Source: Alphaproteobacteria bacterium
Lineage (GTDB): Bacteria; Pseudomonadota; Alphaproteobacteria; GCA-2731375
Assembly (NCBI GenBank): GCA_046582635.1
Contig: JAYGEA010000128.1
Coordinates: forward strand, 1-59,973
Direction of reading: 5' to 3'
DNA: 59,973 nt
The notes below the pieces were generated by a model. That model did not search any database, was not told the origin of the DNA, and worked only from the letters and a program-made list of their open reading frames with translations. Within the stretch, counting starts at the first letter, position 1; each line of letters opens with the position of its first letter. This document shows positions 35,790 to 45,483 of this stretch, piece after piece. The position numbers and the translations under genes were made by a program.

Positions 35790-36746
35790 ATGAACATTCC
35801 AATTCTGGACTTCGCGCAATCGAACGATTTCATCGTGATGGAATTGCGGCGTGCGTTGGAAGACGTAGGGTTTTTCGCCGTCGTCAATCACGGTATCGAT
35901 TGGGCCGGGGTGGAGGCAATTGTTGATGCCAATCGGCGCTATCATGCCCGTCCCCTCGCCAAGAAGTTGGCAAGCGCCTTCAACGCCTCGTTCGCCGGCT
36001 ATTTGGCCCAGTCCGACAACACTATTCGTACTTCAGACCTGAATGAAAATGACAAGGGTGATTTGAACGCCGCCTTTTTCATGGAACGTGACCGCGTGCC
36101 CGACGGCATTCAATCGCCCCGCGCCCGGGCTTTCAGAAGCCCGAACCAGTGGCCCGACGACATGCCAGGATTTAAGGACACAGTGTCGGGTTACTACCAA
36201 TTGATGGAGGGTTTCGGCGCTCGGCTGCTGCCGCTTTATGCCCGTGCCCTGGGTCTGCCGGAAGATTATTTCGATGCCGCCTTTCGCTGGCCCCAGGCCA
36301 GTCTGCGTTTGTCCCACTATCCCCCCGCACAACGCGCCGACAATCAATTCGGCATTGCGCCGCACACCGACGCGGGCTTTCTGACCATCCTGCCGCAATC
36401 GGACGTCATGGGTTTGCATATTCGTCCGCCCAATGGCGCCTGGACGGCCGCCCCACGGGTTGAGCAGGGCTTTTTCATCAACTCCGGCGACATGCTGAAA
36501 CGCTGGACCAACGACCGGTTCCTGTCGACCCAGCACATGGCCATCAACGAGGCCGGCATCGACCGTTATGCCACGGTGTTTTTTTACAGCCCGGACCTGG
36601 AATTCGAAATGGCCTGCCTGCCGACCTGCCAAGGCCCGGACAATCCGCCGAAATATCCGCCAATCACCTACGGCCAATACCGTGACTGGTTCATGAACGC
36701 CAACTATCGGGATGGCGTGCAGGACAGGCCGGCAGACCCTGCCTGA
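35790..36746 (+). CDS. 2OG-Fe(II) oxygenase, isopenicillin N synthase family
   Basis: GFF.V.NHGI, LRLSHYP, HTDAG, NSGDML.RWTND, STQH, RY...FF. Confidence 0.9.
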   Translation: MNIPILDFAQSNDFIVMELRRALEDVGFFAVVNHGIDWAGVEAIVDANRRYHARPLAKKLASAFNASFAGYLAQSDNTIRTSDLNENDKGDLNAAFFMERDRVPDGIQSPRARAFRSPNQWPDDMPGFKDTVSGYYQLMEGFGARLLPLYARALGLPEDYFDAAFRWPQASLRLSHYPPAQRADNQFGIAPHTDAGFLTILPQSDVMGLHIRPPNGAWTAAPRVEQGFFINSGDMLKRWTNDRFLSTQHMAINEAGIDRYATVFFYSPDLEFEMACLPTCQGPDNPPKYPPITYGQYRDWFMNANYRDGVQDRPADPA

Positions 36747-36749
36747 CGA

Positions 36750-37406
36750 TCACAATAGGTCTTTATCAGCGTCGATTGGACCAACGCCCGTTGTCTTCAA
36801 TTTTGGAAAACCGGGATACCAAGCGCGGTGGTTGACGGCAAAGTTTCCCGCCCCCGGCTTGGTCAAACACCCACGCGGCGCTATGTAGCTGTAGATGTGG
36901 CGGTCGGGAACCTCCGACCAGCCGATGTTGAAGGCGCAAAGCTTGGGGAAGAATTGCAGGCGGCTGTAGGGTAGGTGGTCGTGGATCCACCAGGCCAGCG
37001 CCCGCCAATCGGCACCCTCGGCAAATTTGTCGGTGAACCAAGGTACCAGCACGCAGGCCATGGCGCCCATGTGACCGTTGCTGTCCAGATGATCCCAGAC
37101 ATGGCGGCCCTTGGCCCGCTCCGGATTGGCGCAGTTCAGGTTATGCTTGTTGCCGAAGGCGTTGACGGCGGCGTTGCGGTAGGACGAGCGGATGGACAGA
37201 CCGCCGAAGCTGGCCTTCAGCGGTTCCAGCAATTCGGTGCATAGTTTGGTGCCGGCGGCGATGGCCCGGTCCGGGTTATCAGGGATGTTGGGGATGCCGT
37301 GGAACGAGGAAATCTCGCTGTAGAGAAAATCCCGCATGAAGAACGACGGCGACAGGCGGACCCGGCCGAATGCCTCCAACCCCTTCATGCTGCCTGGTTT
37401 GCGCAC
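36750..37406 (-). CDS. Conserved hypothetical, peptidase M15-like
   Basis: RVRLS..FFMRDFLYSEI, SSYR, H.WD, ALAWWIHDHLPY; family assignment from recall. Confidence 0.6.
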   Translation of the reverse strand: MRKPGSMKGLEAFGRVRLSPSFFMRDFLYSEISSFHGIPNIPDNPDRAIAAGTKLCTELLEPLKASFGGLSIRSSYRNAAVNAFGNKHNLNCANPERAKGRHVWDHLDSNGHMGAMACVLVPWFTDKFAEGADWRALAWWIHDHLPYSRLQFFPKLCAFNIGWSEVPDRHIYSYIAPRGCLTKPGAGNFAVNHRAWYPGFPKLKTTGVGPIDADKDLL

Positions 37407-37408
37407 GC

Positions 37409-38518
37409 CTACAACACCGCCAAATTCGGGTCGCAGATCATGCCGGTGCGGATGGCGGCGCCCTTGTCAGCCTCGGCGAAGGCGGTGTTGATCTCGGCGA
37501 TGGGATAGAGTTGCGAGAGCACGTCTTCGAACGGATAGCGCGCGCGGTTGCGCGCTAGCAGTTCCAACCCCCGGCGCAGGGCCCAGGCCTGATAGCCGCC
37601 GACACCGACCATGCGGCGGTTCTGATGCACCAGCCAGGCGGGATTGAAGGGAATGGTGTGCTTGCCGCTGATATTGCCGATGACCAGATAGCGGCCTTCG
37701 TTGCGGGACATTTTCAGACCCTCGATCAGGGCCGAGGGATGGCCCACCAGTTCCGCCACCACATGGCCGCCGCCCCCCGTCAGATCGGCCACGGCCGAGA
37801 TACGCTCTTCCGGCGTTCCGAAGTCATCCACGTTCAGGACATGGTCGGCGCCGAAGCGTTTGGCCAGGGCCAGGCGGTCCTCGCGCTTGTCCAGCACAAC
37901 AATATTGGTCGCGCCCGCCTCCCGCGCCACCGCCGCGGCGTACAGGCCCAGACCGCCCGCGCCCTGGATCACCACCGTTTCACCGGCCGTCAACGAGACT
38001 TGCTCCAGGCCGTAGATCACCTGGGCTAGGGCGCAGTTCAGGGGTGCCACCACCCGGTCCGATAAATCATCGGGCGTGCGGAGGACGAAATGGCCGGGCC
38101 GTAAATAGAAATATTCCGCATAGGCGCCGGTGAAATGCGGCGGCTTGTCGCTTGTCGAACGGCCGGCGCCGATGCGCCGGGACTCGCAATGAAGGCGGTC
38201 GTTGGCCAGGCAGGGTTGGCAATGATGGCAGGGGTAGAAGTAGGAATAGACGATGCGGTCGCCCTCCGCCAGGGGCTGCCCGGCCGCGTCCATTTTGACG
38301 TTGCTGCCAAGGCGTTCCACCCGCCCGGTCATCTCGTGGCCCATGATCGTGACGGGCTTGCGCGGCGTATCCCCATGCCAGCCGTGCAGGTCCGAGCCGC
38401 AAATGCTGCTGACCGTGAGCCGGACCAGAATGCCGTCCGCCTCGACCTCCGGAACGGGAAATTCCCGCGCCTCGAACGGCTCGTTGGCGCCTGTGTAGAC
38501 ATAGGACCAGCCTTGCAT
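37409..38518 (-). CDS. Zn-binding dehydrogenase (MDR family)
   Basis: CGSDLH, GHE, CHHCQPC...C, GAGGLG. Confidence 0.9.
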   Translation of the reverse strand: MQGWSYVYTGANEPFEAREFPVPEVEADGILVRLTVSSICGSDLHGWHGDTPRKPVTIMGHEMTGRVERLGSNVKMDAAGQPLAEGDRIVYSYFYPCHHCQPCLANDRLHCESRRIGAGRSTSDKPPHFTGAYAEYFYLRPGHFVLRTPDDLSDRVVAPLNCALAQVIYGLEQVSLTAGETVVIQGAGGLGLYAAAVAREAGATNIVVLDKREDRLALAKRFGADHVLNVDDFGTPEERISAVADLTGGGGHVVAELVGHPSALIEGLKMSRNEGRYLVIGNISGKHTIPFNPAWLVHQNRRMVGVGGYQAWALRRGLELLARNRARYPFEDVLSQLYPIAEINTAFAEADKGAAIRTGMICDPNLAVL

Positions 38519-38618
38519 CGCGTCTTCCTCCCAAATTGGATAATGTCACAGAGTGACATACTTCTGCCTCTGCTCATATAATCGGCGAACGAAATGTATT
38601 TGTTTGGGAGAGTGATAC

Positions 38619-39467
38619 ATGGCCCTTCAAATCACGCCGCTCTGCCCCGCCCTCGGGGCGGAGGTCAGCGGCCTTGATCTTACCCGGCCCATGGATGGGG
38701 CGGAGGAGCGCTCGGTGCAAGAGGCTTTCCTGGCCCATCACTTGCTGTGTTTCCGTGGCGCGCCGCTGAGCGCGGCGGATTTTGCCACCCTGGCACGACG
38801 GTTTGGCGAGCCGCAGGTGCAGTTGCTGCGCCAGCAACGCCATGACCTGGTACGGGAGGTTTCCATGCTGGACAGCACCTATGCCCGGGCCGAGGACAAG
38901 CCCGACGATATGCGCCGGATGCGCCTGACGGGTTGGCACACGGACGACAGCTATTTCGAGGCGCCGGCCAAGGCGACCCTGCTGCAATCCATCGAGATCC
39001 CCGACAGCGGGGGCCAGACCAGCTTCTGCAACACCCGGGCCGCCTATGAGGATCTCGATGCCGCGGAGAGGCAACGTCTGGCCGGCTTGCATGCGGCCCA
39101 CCGCTATGACAGCCCCCGCGCGCCGGTCAGGCCCAAGACACGGACCAGCGATGAAGCGGCGGAAACGCCCGAAGTGGTCCACCCCCTGGTGCGCACCCAT
39201 GAAGATACCGGGCAAAAGGCGATCTATTTCAATCCCAACCGGACCGACCGCGTGGTGGATGTGAGCCATGACGAAAGCGAGGCGGTTCTGGAGTGGGTCA
39301 ACGAACGCATGACCCGGACGCAATACCGCTACGACCATGAATGGCGCGTGGGCGACCTGCTGATCTGGGACAATCGTTGTCTGGTGCATTCGGTCAATAT
39401 GGATTTTCCCGTTGGCCAGACCCGCCTGCATCAACGTATCCTGCTGCGCGGCGAGAGACCCGCATAG
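38619..39467 (+). CDS. TauD/TfdA family 2OG-dependent dioxygenase
   Basis: LGAEVSG.DL, WHTD, HPLVRTH, WDNRCLVH. Confidence 0.9.
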   Translation: MALQITPLCPALGAEVSGLDLTRPMDGAEERSVQEAFLAHHLLCFRGAPLSAADFATLARRFGEPQVQLLRQQRHDLVREVSMLDSTYARAEDKPDDMRRMRLTGWHTDDSYFEAPAKATLLQSIEIPDSGGQTSFCNTRAAYEDLDAAERQRLAGLHAAHRYDSPRAPVRPKTRTSDEAAETPEVVHPLVRTHEDTGQKAIYFNPNRTDRVVDVSHDESEAVLEWVNERMTRTQYRYDHEWRVGDLLIWDNRCLVHSVNMDFPVGQTRLHQRILLRGERPA

Positions 39468-39487
39468 GACTGACCAAGGAAGAGAGC

Positions 39488-40567
39488 ATGAACGATCAAA
39501 CATATCAGCCGGTGACCGACGCCAGCGCCTGGCATGCCGCGGAATTCGAGGCGGACCGGTCCTGGGAATACTATCTCGATGACGGCCACATCGCCGAATT
39601 GACCCAGGCCTTGGCCGCCGTCAAGGATCGCGGTCTGGCCTTGGCCCAGATCGGCCCGGATGATTTTCCCTTGCCCACGTTATCCGCGCGGCTGCGGTCC
39701 CTGGGCGATGATCTGGCCACCGGTCGCGGCTTTGCCCTGGTGCGGGGTTTTCCGGTGGATGGTTTTTCGACCGAGGATCTGTCCTTGATGTATTACGGCC
39801 TGTGCCGCCATATCGGCATAGGCATGACCCAGAACAGCGACGGCGGCCTGGTCCATTATGTCACCGACGGCGCCCTGAAACCGAACCAGGGCAAGCGCGG
39901 CGTGGGCTTTCCCAAGGCCTCGCGCCTGCATGTGGATCTGATGGATATCGTTTCCCTGCTCTGCGTCCGCCAGGCCGCCGATGACCCCCATAGTCATCTG
40001 GCCAGCTCCACCACCCTCTACAATGAAGTTCTCAAGCGCCGGCCCGAATTTCTGCCCCGCCTGTTCCAAGGCTATGAATGGGACCGCATGGACGAGCACG
40101 GCGATGGGGAAGCGGCCACCTCGGGGTATCAGGTGCCGCTGTTCAGCGACAAGAATGGCGCCGTGTCCTGCCGTTATAACCGGGCCTGGATGATCGCGGC
40201 GCATGTGAACGCCAAGGCGCCCCTGTCGGCGGCGGATGAGGAGGCCTTTGACCTGCTGGACCGGATCGCGGCGGAAACCCGGTTGTCGTTTCCCTTTGGC
40301 GAGGGGGACATCCAGTTTTGCAGCAACTACACCGTCTTGCATGGCCGCGAAGGGCACCGGTTGGAGCCGGATGAAGAGCGCAAACGGCTGTTGATCCGCA
40401 TCTGGCTGAATGTGCCGGAATTCAGGCAATTCGCCGACGAGGCTATCGTACGTCACGGTATCGGATATCATGGCAACCTGGGTTGGACCGCCGGGGAGCT
40501 GCTGGCCGGCGCCAACAAGACACCGCGCATGCGCCGGGACGATGGCGCCATTTCGACCAGGCTATAA
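39488..40567 (+). CDS. TauD/TfdA (clavaminate-synthase-like) dioxygenase
   Basis: GRGFALVRG, LHVD..DIVSLLC, GDIQF..N..VLHGR, RLLIRIWL; AAGGAAG RBS. Confidence 0.85.
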   Translation: MNDQTYQPVTDASAWHAAEFEADRSWEYYLDDGHIAELTQALAAVKDRGLALAQIGPDDFPLPTLSARLRSLGDDLATGRGFALVRGFPVDGFSTEDLSLMYYGLCRHIGIGMTQNSDGGLVHYVTDGALKPNQGKRGVGFPKASRLHVDLMDIVSLLCVRQAADDPHSHLASSTTLYNEVLKRRPEFLPRLFQGYEWDRMDEHGDGEAATSGYQVPLFSDKNGAVSCRYNRAWMIAAHVNAKAPLSAADEEAFDLLDRIAAETRLSFPFGEGDIQFCSNYTVLHGREGHRLEPDEERKRLLIRIWLNVPEFRQFADEAIVRHGIGYHGNLGWTAGELLAGANKTPRMRRDDGAISTRL

Positions 40568-40583
40568 TTCGACCAGGCTATAA
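40552..40583. repeat. Perfect 16-bp tandem duplication spanning a stop codon
   Basis: TTCGACCAGGCTATAA x2 (40552-40567, 40568-40583). Confidence 0.9.
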
Positions 40584-40652
40584 AGTGCCGCTTGTAATCT
40601 GAGTTGGTAGCGAGCCCAATAAGGCCGCTGATTTCGGTTGGGGGGAGGCCAC

Positions 40653-42947
40653 ATGACACAGGACCAGCACCAGAACCAAAAAGCCGAAGATCTGAAGCGC
40701 GACGCCAACCATTTCCACCGCTGGCCGGTGCCGGGCAAGATCGAAGTCACCCCCACCAAGCCGCTGGCCAATCAACGGGACCTGGCCCTGGCCTATTCCC
40801 CCGGCGTCGCGGCACCGTGCGAGCTGATCGTCGCGGATCCGCGCGAGGCCGCCAACGTCACCGCCCGGGGCAACCTGGTCGGCGTCATCACCAACGGCAC
40901 CGCTGTATTGGGCTTGGGCGCCATTGGGGCCCTGGCCTCCAAGCCGGTGATGGAGGGCAAGGCGGTATTGTTCAAAAAGTTCGCCGGTATCGATGTTTTC
41001 GATATCGAGATTGACGAAACCGATCCGGAAAAATTCATCGAGATCGTCCGCGCCCTGGAGCCGACCTTTGGCGGCATCAATCTCGAGGATATCAAGGCGC
41101 CGGAGTGTTTTCAGATCGAAGCCGGCCTGAAGCAACGCATGAAAATCCCCGTCTTCCACGACGACCAACACGGCACCGCCATTTGCGTCTGCTCGGCCCT
41201 GGTCAACGGCCTACGCCTTGTCGGCAAGGAGCTCGGGGAGGTAAAGGTGGTCACCTCGGGTGCCGGGGCGGCGGCCATTGCCTCGCTCAATCTGTTGGTC
41301 AGCCTTGGCATGCCGGTCGGGAATATTTACATCACCGACCGCAAGGGCGTTGTTTACAAGGGCCGGGAGGGCCATATCGATGTCTCCAAAAAGGTCTACG
41401 AAAAAGACACCGACGACCGCACCCTGGCGGACGCTATTCGGGGCGCCGACGTCTTCCTCGGCATGTCCGGCCCCAATGTACTGGATGGGGACATGGTCAA
41501 GGCCATGGCCGACAATCCCATGATCCTCGCCCTGGCCAACCCGAACCCCGAGATCCTGCCGGAAGTGGCGCATGCCGCCCGTGATGACGTGATCATGGCC
41601 ACCGGGCGTTCCGACTACCCCAACCAGGTCAACAACGTGCTCTGCTTCCCCTATCTGTTCAGAGGCGCCCTGGATTGCGGCGCCACGGAAATTAACGAGG
41701 CCATGAAGCGGGCCACGGTCTATGCCATCGCCGATCTGGCCATGGCGGAATCCTCCGAAATTGTCGCCCAAGCCTACATGGGGGAGAGCCTGGCGTTTGG
41801 CCGTGACTATCTGATCCCCAAACCGTTTGATCCCCGCCTGATCCTGGAGATCGCCCCGGCAGTGGCCAGGGCGGCCATGGACAGCGGTATCGCCCAGCGG
41901 CCCATCGCCGATTTCGAGGCCTATCGCGAGACTCTGGAACGCTTTGTCTATAAATCCGGCATGGCCATGAAACCGGTATTCGAAAAGGCCCGCGCCAATC
42001 CCAAACGGGTGGTCTATGCCGAGGGCGAGGACAAGCGCGTCCTGCGCGCCGCCCAGGTGCTGATTGATGACGGGGTCTGCCGCCCCATCCTGATTGGCCG
42101 GCCGGGCGTGATGGCCGAACTGATTGGGGAACTGGGCTTGCGCATGGTACCGGGCGATGATCTGGATGTGGTTGATCCCGACAACAACCCCTATTTTGAA
42201 AACTATTGGCCGGTTTATCACCGGCGTATGCAGAACCACGGCGTCTCGCCCGACGAGGCCCGGATCATGACCCGGCGGACTGCGACTGTACTGGCATCCC
42301 TGATGCTGGACGGCGGCGACGCTGATGCCATGATTTGCGGCACCGTGGGCCGCTATCACAGTCATCTGCGCCACCTGGAACAGGTCGTGGGTCTGGGCGA
42401 TGGGGTGGAAAAGATGTCCAGCCTGAATGTGCTGCTGCTGCCCCAGGGGCAGATGGTCTTCATATGCGATACGCAAGTTGCCGAAGACCCTACGCCCCAG
42501 GAAATTGCCAACATGACCATGCTGGCCGCCGATCAGGTGCGCCGCTTCGGCAACACGCCCAAGGTGGCGCTGCTGTCCCATTCCAATTTCGGCTCCCTAC
42601 ACTCCGTCTCGGCCGCGAAAATGCGCCAGGCGTTGGAACTGATAGGGTCGGAAGCGCCCGATTTGGCGGTCGATGGGGAGATGCATGGCGACGCGGCCCT
42701 GAACGAAGCCATCCGCAAGCGCCTCTATCCCAATTCCCGCTTTGACGGCGTGGCCAATCTGCTGATCATGCCCACATTGGATGCCGCCAACATCACCTAC
42801 AACGTGGTCAAGACCGTCACCGGCGCGACCTCGATCGGCCCGATCCTTCTGGGCGCGGCCAAACCGGCCCACATCCTGACCACCTCCGTCACCTCCCGCG
42901 GCATCGTCAACATCTCCGCCCTCGCCGTCGTCGACGCCCAGGCCTAG
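40653..42947 (+). CDS. maeB: NADP-dependent malic enzyme with phosphotransacetylase-like C-terminal domain
   Basis: [58 protein letters not shown]; PTA-like tail ([17 protein letters not shown]). Confidence 0.95.
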   Translation: MTQDQHQNQKAEDLKRDANHFHRWPVPGKIEVTPTKPLANQRDLALAYSPGVAAPCELIVADPREAANVTARGNLVGVITNGTAVLGLGAIGALASKPVMEGKAVLFKKFAGIDVFDIEIDETDPEKFIEIVRALEPTFGGINLEDIKAPECFQIEAGLKQRMKIPVFHDDQHGTAICVCSALVNGLRLVGKELGEVKVVTSGAGAAAIASLNLLVSLGMPVGNIYITDRKGVVYKGREGHIDVSKKVYEKDTDDRTLADAIRGADVFLGMSGPNVLDGDMVKAMADNPMILALANPNPEILPEVAHAARDDVIMATGRSDYPNQVNNVLCFPYLFRGALDCGATEINEAMKRATVYAIADLAMAESSEIVAQAYMGESLAFGRDYLIPKPFDPRLILEIAPAVARAAMDSGIAQRPIADFEAYRETLERFVYKSGMAMKPVFEKARANPKRVVYAEGEDKRVLRAAQVLIDDGVCRPILIGRPGVMAELIGELGLRMVPGDDLDVVDPDNNPYFENYWPVYHRRMQNHGVSPDEARIMTRRTATVLASLMLDGGDADAMICGTVGRYHSHLRHLEQVVGLGDGVEKMSSLNVLLLPQGQMVFICDTQVAEDPTPQEIANMTMLAADQVRRFGNTPKVALLSHSNFGSLHSVSAAKMRQALELIGSEAPDLAVDGEMHGDAALNEAIRKRLYPNSRFDGVANLLIMPTLDAANITYNVVKTVTGATSIGPILLGAAKPAHILTTSVTSRGIVNISALAVVDAQA

Positions 42948-42954
42948 ATTTTTT

Positions 42955-43037
42955 TACTATGACGTAATACCTATATAAGCCATTGATAAAAACTATTATT
43001 AAAATTCAACAGTTTATATAAGTATTCCGTCACCGTA
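42955..43037. repeat. Inverted-repeat element copy 3 (more degenerate)
   Basis: TACTATGACGTAATACCTATATAA (42955-42978) / TTATATAAGTATTCCGTCACCGTA (43014-43037): 24-bp IR with 4 mismatches, between convergent genes. Confidence 0.8.
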
Positions 43038-43048
43038 TTAAGTTCCTG

Positions 43049-43921
43049 CTAGCCGAGGCGTTCGCGCAGGGGGGCGATGACCTCCGCGGCGAAGCGTTCC
43101 AGGCTGCCGGGGATGTCCTTGCGGAAGGGGGCCGTGGGCACGACCACGCGGTCGATGCCCATGTCGGCCAGGCGCAGGGCGGAATTCAGCGGGTCGGCGG
43201 GGTCGATGCCGGCGGTGATCTGGATCTCGGCCGGATCGCGGCCGGCGCGTTTGGCTTCTTCGCGGATGATCGCCAGCAGGGGCTTGTAATCGCCGTCCCA
43301 ACCGGTGGCCGGGAAGAAGCCGTTGCCCAAGCGTCCGGCCCGCCGGGCGGCCGCCTCGGAATGGCCGCCGATGATGATGGGCAAGGGTTGCTGCACTGGT
43401 TTCGGGTTGCAGCTGATGCCCGCGAAGTTGACCAGTTCGCCGTCATAACTGGCGTCATCACCGGCCCAGAGGGCGCGCATGGCGGCGATGGTTTCGTCCG
43501 CCCGCTGGCCTCGGCGTTCGAATGGCACGCCGATCGCCTCGAACTCCTCGCGCAGCCAGCCGACGCCGATGCCCAGTTCCATGCGCCCGCCGGACATGAA
43601 ATCCATGGTCGCCAATTGTTTGGCCAGCACGACCGCATTGCGCTGCGGCAGGATCAGCACCCCGGTCATGAAGCGCAGGATTTTGGTACAGGCGGCCATG
43701 TGGGTCATCCAGACCAGGGGGTCGGGCAGCAGGGTGGTCGGGTCGCCCGGCAGCTTACCGGTCTGGTTATAGGGGTATTTCGAATTGTAATCCGTGGGCC
43801 AGACCACATGCTCCACGGCAACGGCGAAGGAAAACCCCACGCGCTCCGCCGCCTGGCAAAATTGCACCGCGCGGTCGGGTTGCGGATATACGGTGGAGAC
43901 AAAATGTGCGCCGAATTCCAT
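43049..43921 (-). CDS. LLM-class oxidoreductase, putative F420-dependent (Rv2161c-like)
   Basis: EHVV.P, YPY..TG, DPL.W, ILPQRN...LAKQ.AT.D, GVGWLREEF, GGHS.AAARRAGR; AGGAGG RBS before ATG 43921. Confidence 0.85.
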   Translation of the reverse strand: MEFGAHFVSTVYPQPDRAVQFCQAAERVGFSFAVAVEHVVWPTDYNSKYPYNQTGKLPGDPTTLLPDPLVWMTHMAACTKILRFMTGVLILPQRNAVVLAKQLATMDFMSGGRMELGIGVGWLREEFEAIGVPFERRGQRADETIAAMRALWAGDDASYDGELVNFAGISCNPKPVQQPLPIIIGGHSEAAARRAGRLGNGFFPATGWDGDYKPLLAIIREEAKRAGRDPAEIQITAGIDPADPLNSALRLADMGIDRVVVPTAPFRKDIPGSLERFAAEVIAPLRERLG

Positions 43922-44034
43922 GGGGCCGTCCTCCTGTTTGAAGTTTTCACCATGTTGGCAGGCCGGGAAAGTTTGGGCAACCGGGCCGGGAGCGGTTAGT
44001 CTTACGCCAAACAAATTTGGATAGGAGAGCAAAC

Positions 44035-44829
44035 ATGACTGTCGTCGAGACGGAGCGTCACGGACAAATCCTAGTGGTCAGAATGAACCGGCCCGAGCGC
44101 CTGAACGCCCTGAATACGGAGATGCGGACCGAGCTGGCCCGAACCTGGACCGAATTCCGCGCGGATGACGGCTTGGAAGTGGCCATTTTCACCGGTACGG
44201 GGCGGGGGTTTTGCGCCGGCGAGGATATGAAGGAAACCCTGGAGCACAAGACGCCGGGCGGCAAGCCCCTGGCCTTGGAGAACCCGTTTATGTCCGGCGC
44301 CCTAGAAAAACCGGTGATTGCCGCCATTAACGGTTTCGCCATGGGCGGCGGCTTCATGTTGGTGGAACAGACCGACCTGCGCGTCGCCGTGCACGACGCC
44401 GTGTTCGAAGTGTCCGAGGCCAAGCGCTGGCTGTTGGGCGGCTACAACCACGGCCATCTGGCCAATCTGCCCTACGCGCTGGCCATGGAAATGGCGCTGG
44501 GTTTCCGCTTCACGGCGCAGCGCTTCCACGAAATCGGCTTTCTCAACCGGGTTGTCGAGGCGGACGCCCTGATCCCCACGGCCATGGAGATGGCGGAGCA
44601 TCTGTTGACCCTGCCCCCCGCATCCCGCGTGAACACAGTGCATATCATGCGGCGGATACGGCCCTCTATCGCGCCCAACATGGCGGATCTGGCAACGGCC
44701 TTGCATGACCACGGCGCCAAATCGGACCTGATGGAATCCCGCGCCGCCTTCGCCGAAAAACGCCCGCCCAATTTCAAGGGCTGGGACGATCCCGAGGACC
44801 GCTACCGCTTGCCGACTTTGAAAGATTAA
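44035..44829 (+). CDS. Enoyl-CoA hydratase/isomerase family protein
   Basis: NRPERLNA, FCAGED, KPVIAAINGFAMGGG, AFAEKRPP. Confidence 0.9.
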   Translation: MTVVETERHGQILVVRMNRPERLNALNTEMRTELARTWTEFRADDGLEVAIFTGTGRGFCAGEDMKETLEHKTPGGKPLALENPFMSGALEKPVIAAINGFAMGGGFMLVEQTDLRVAVHDAVFEVSEAKRWLLGGYNHGHLANLPYALAMEMALGFRFTAQRFHEIGFLNRVVEADALIPTAMEMAEHLLTLPPASRVNTVHIMRRIRPSIAPNMADLATALHDHGAKSDLMESRAAFAEKRPPNFKGWDDPEDRYRLPTLKD

Positions 44830-45467
44830 TTCGCCTGCGCCTTGCGCTCCGCCATGCGGTCCAGGAAGTCCTGGGTGGTGTTGGTGCGGGGGAAGGGGGC
44901 GGCGGGCACGGGCAGGTCGAGGAAGGCGCAGAGCGGCGCCCACCCTTCGGCCACGTCAAAGACCAAAAGCCGTGCCTTGGGCAGGCCGGCCCTGACTGCT
45001 TCGATGTTGCGGCGGTAGGCGGCGAGGACGTGATCCCGGTCGTCCAGTTTGCCGCCAAAAACCCGCTCGACGATCAGGTCCCGGGTCATGCGCCGCATGC
45101 GCAACCGGCCCGGGTCCAGCACCGCGTCTTTTTCCTGGAAGTTCTTCAGGATAGTTTTGGACATGCTCTGCCACCAGGCCTCTTCATCGCGGACGGTCAG
45201 GATCACCTTGGCATCTGGATAATGTGCTGCCAGCGGTTGCCAATAGTGACAGGCCGGCCAGTCCGCCGTTGCTTGATAGCCACTCAGGATTTGATCCCAA
45301 TCAGCCTTGCCACTTTGTGCCGCGTCGTACCAGGCGTCCGCGTTTTCCGGCCGGTTCATGACTTCCAGCATGTGATAACAGGGCCCCAGGCCCAGATGCT
45401 CCAGGGCGCCCTTCATGGATAATGTTCCCGTGCGGCCGAAACCGGCGCCAATTACCTTTAGTGTCAC
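44826..45467 (-). CDS. Sulfotransferase-family protein (P-loop, Sulfotransfer_4-like)
   Basis: LKVIGAGFGRTGTLS, CYHM, DWPA, AKVILTVRD, GW.PLC.FL, FP..N. Confidence 0.85.
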   Translation of the reverse strand: MTLKVIGAGFGRTGTLSMKGALEHLGLGPCYHMLEVMNRPENADAWYDAAQSGKADWDQILSGYQATADWPACHYWQPLAAHYPDAKVILTVRDEEAWWQSMSKTILKNFQEKDAVLDPGRLRMRRMTRDLIVERVFGGKLDDRDHVLAAYRRNIEAVRAGLPKARLLVFDVAEGWAPLCAFLDLPVPAAPFPRTNTTQDFLDRMAERKAQAN

Positions 45468-45483
45468 CCATTGATCCTTTTGC

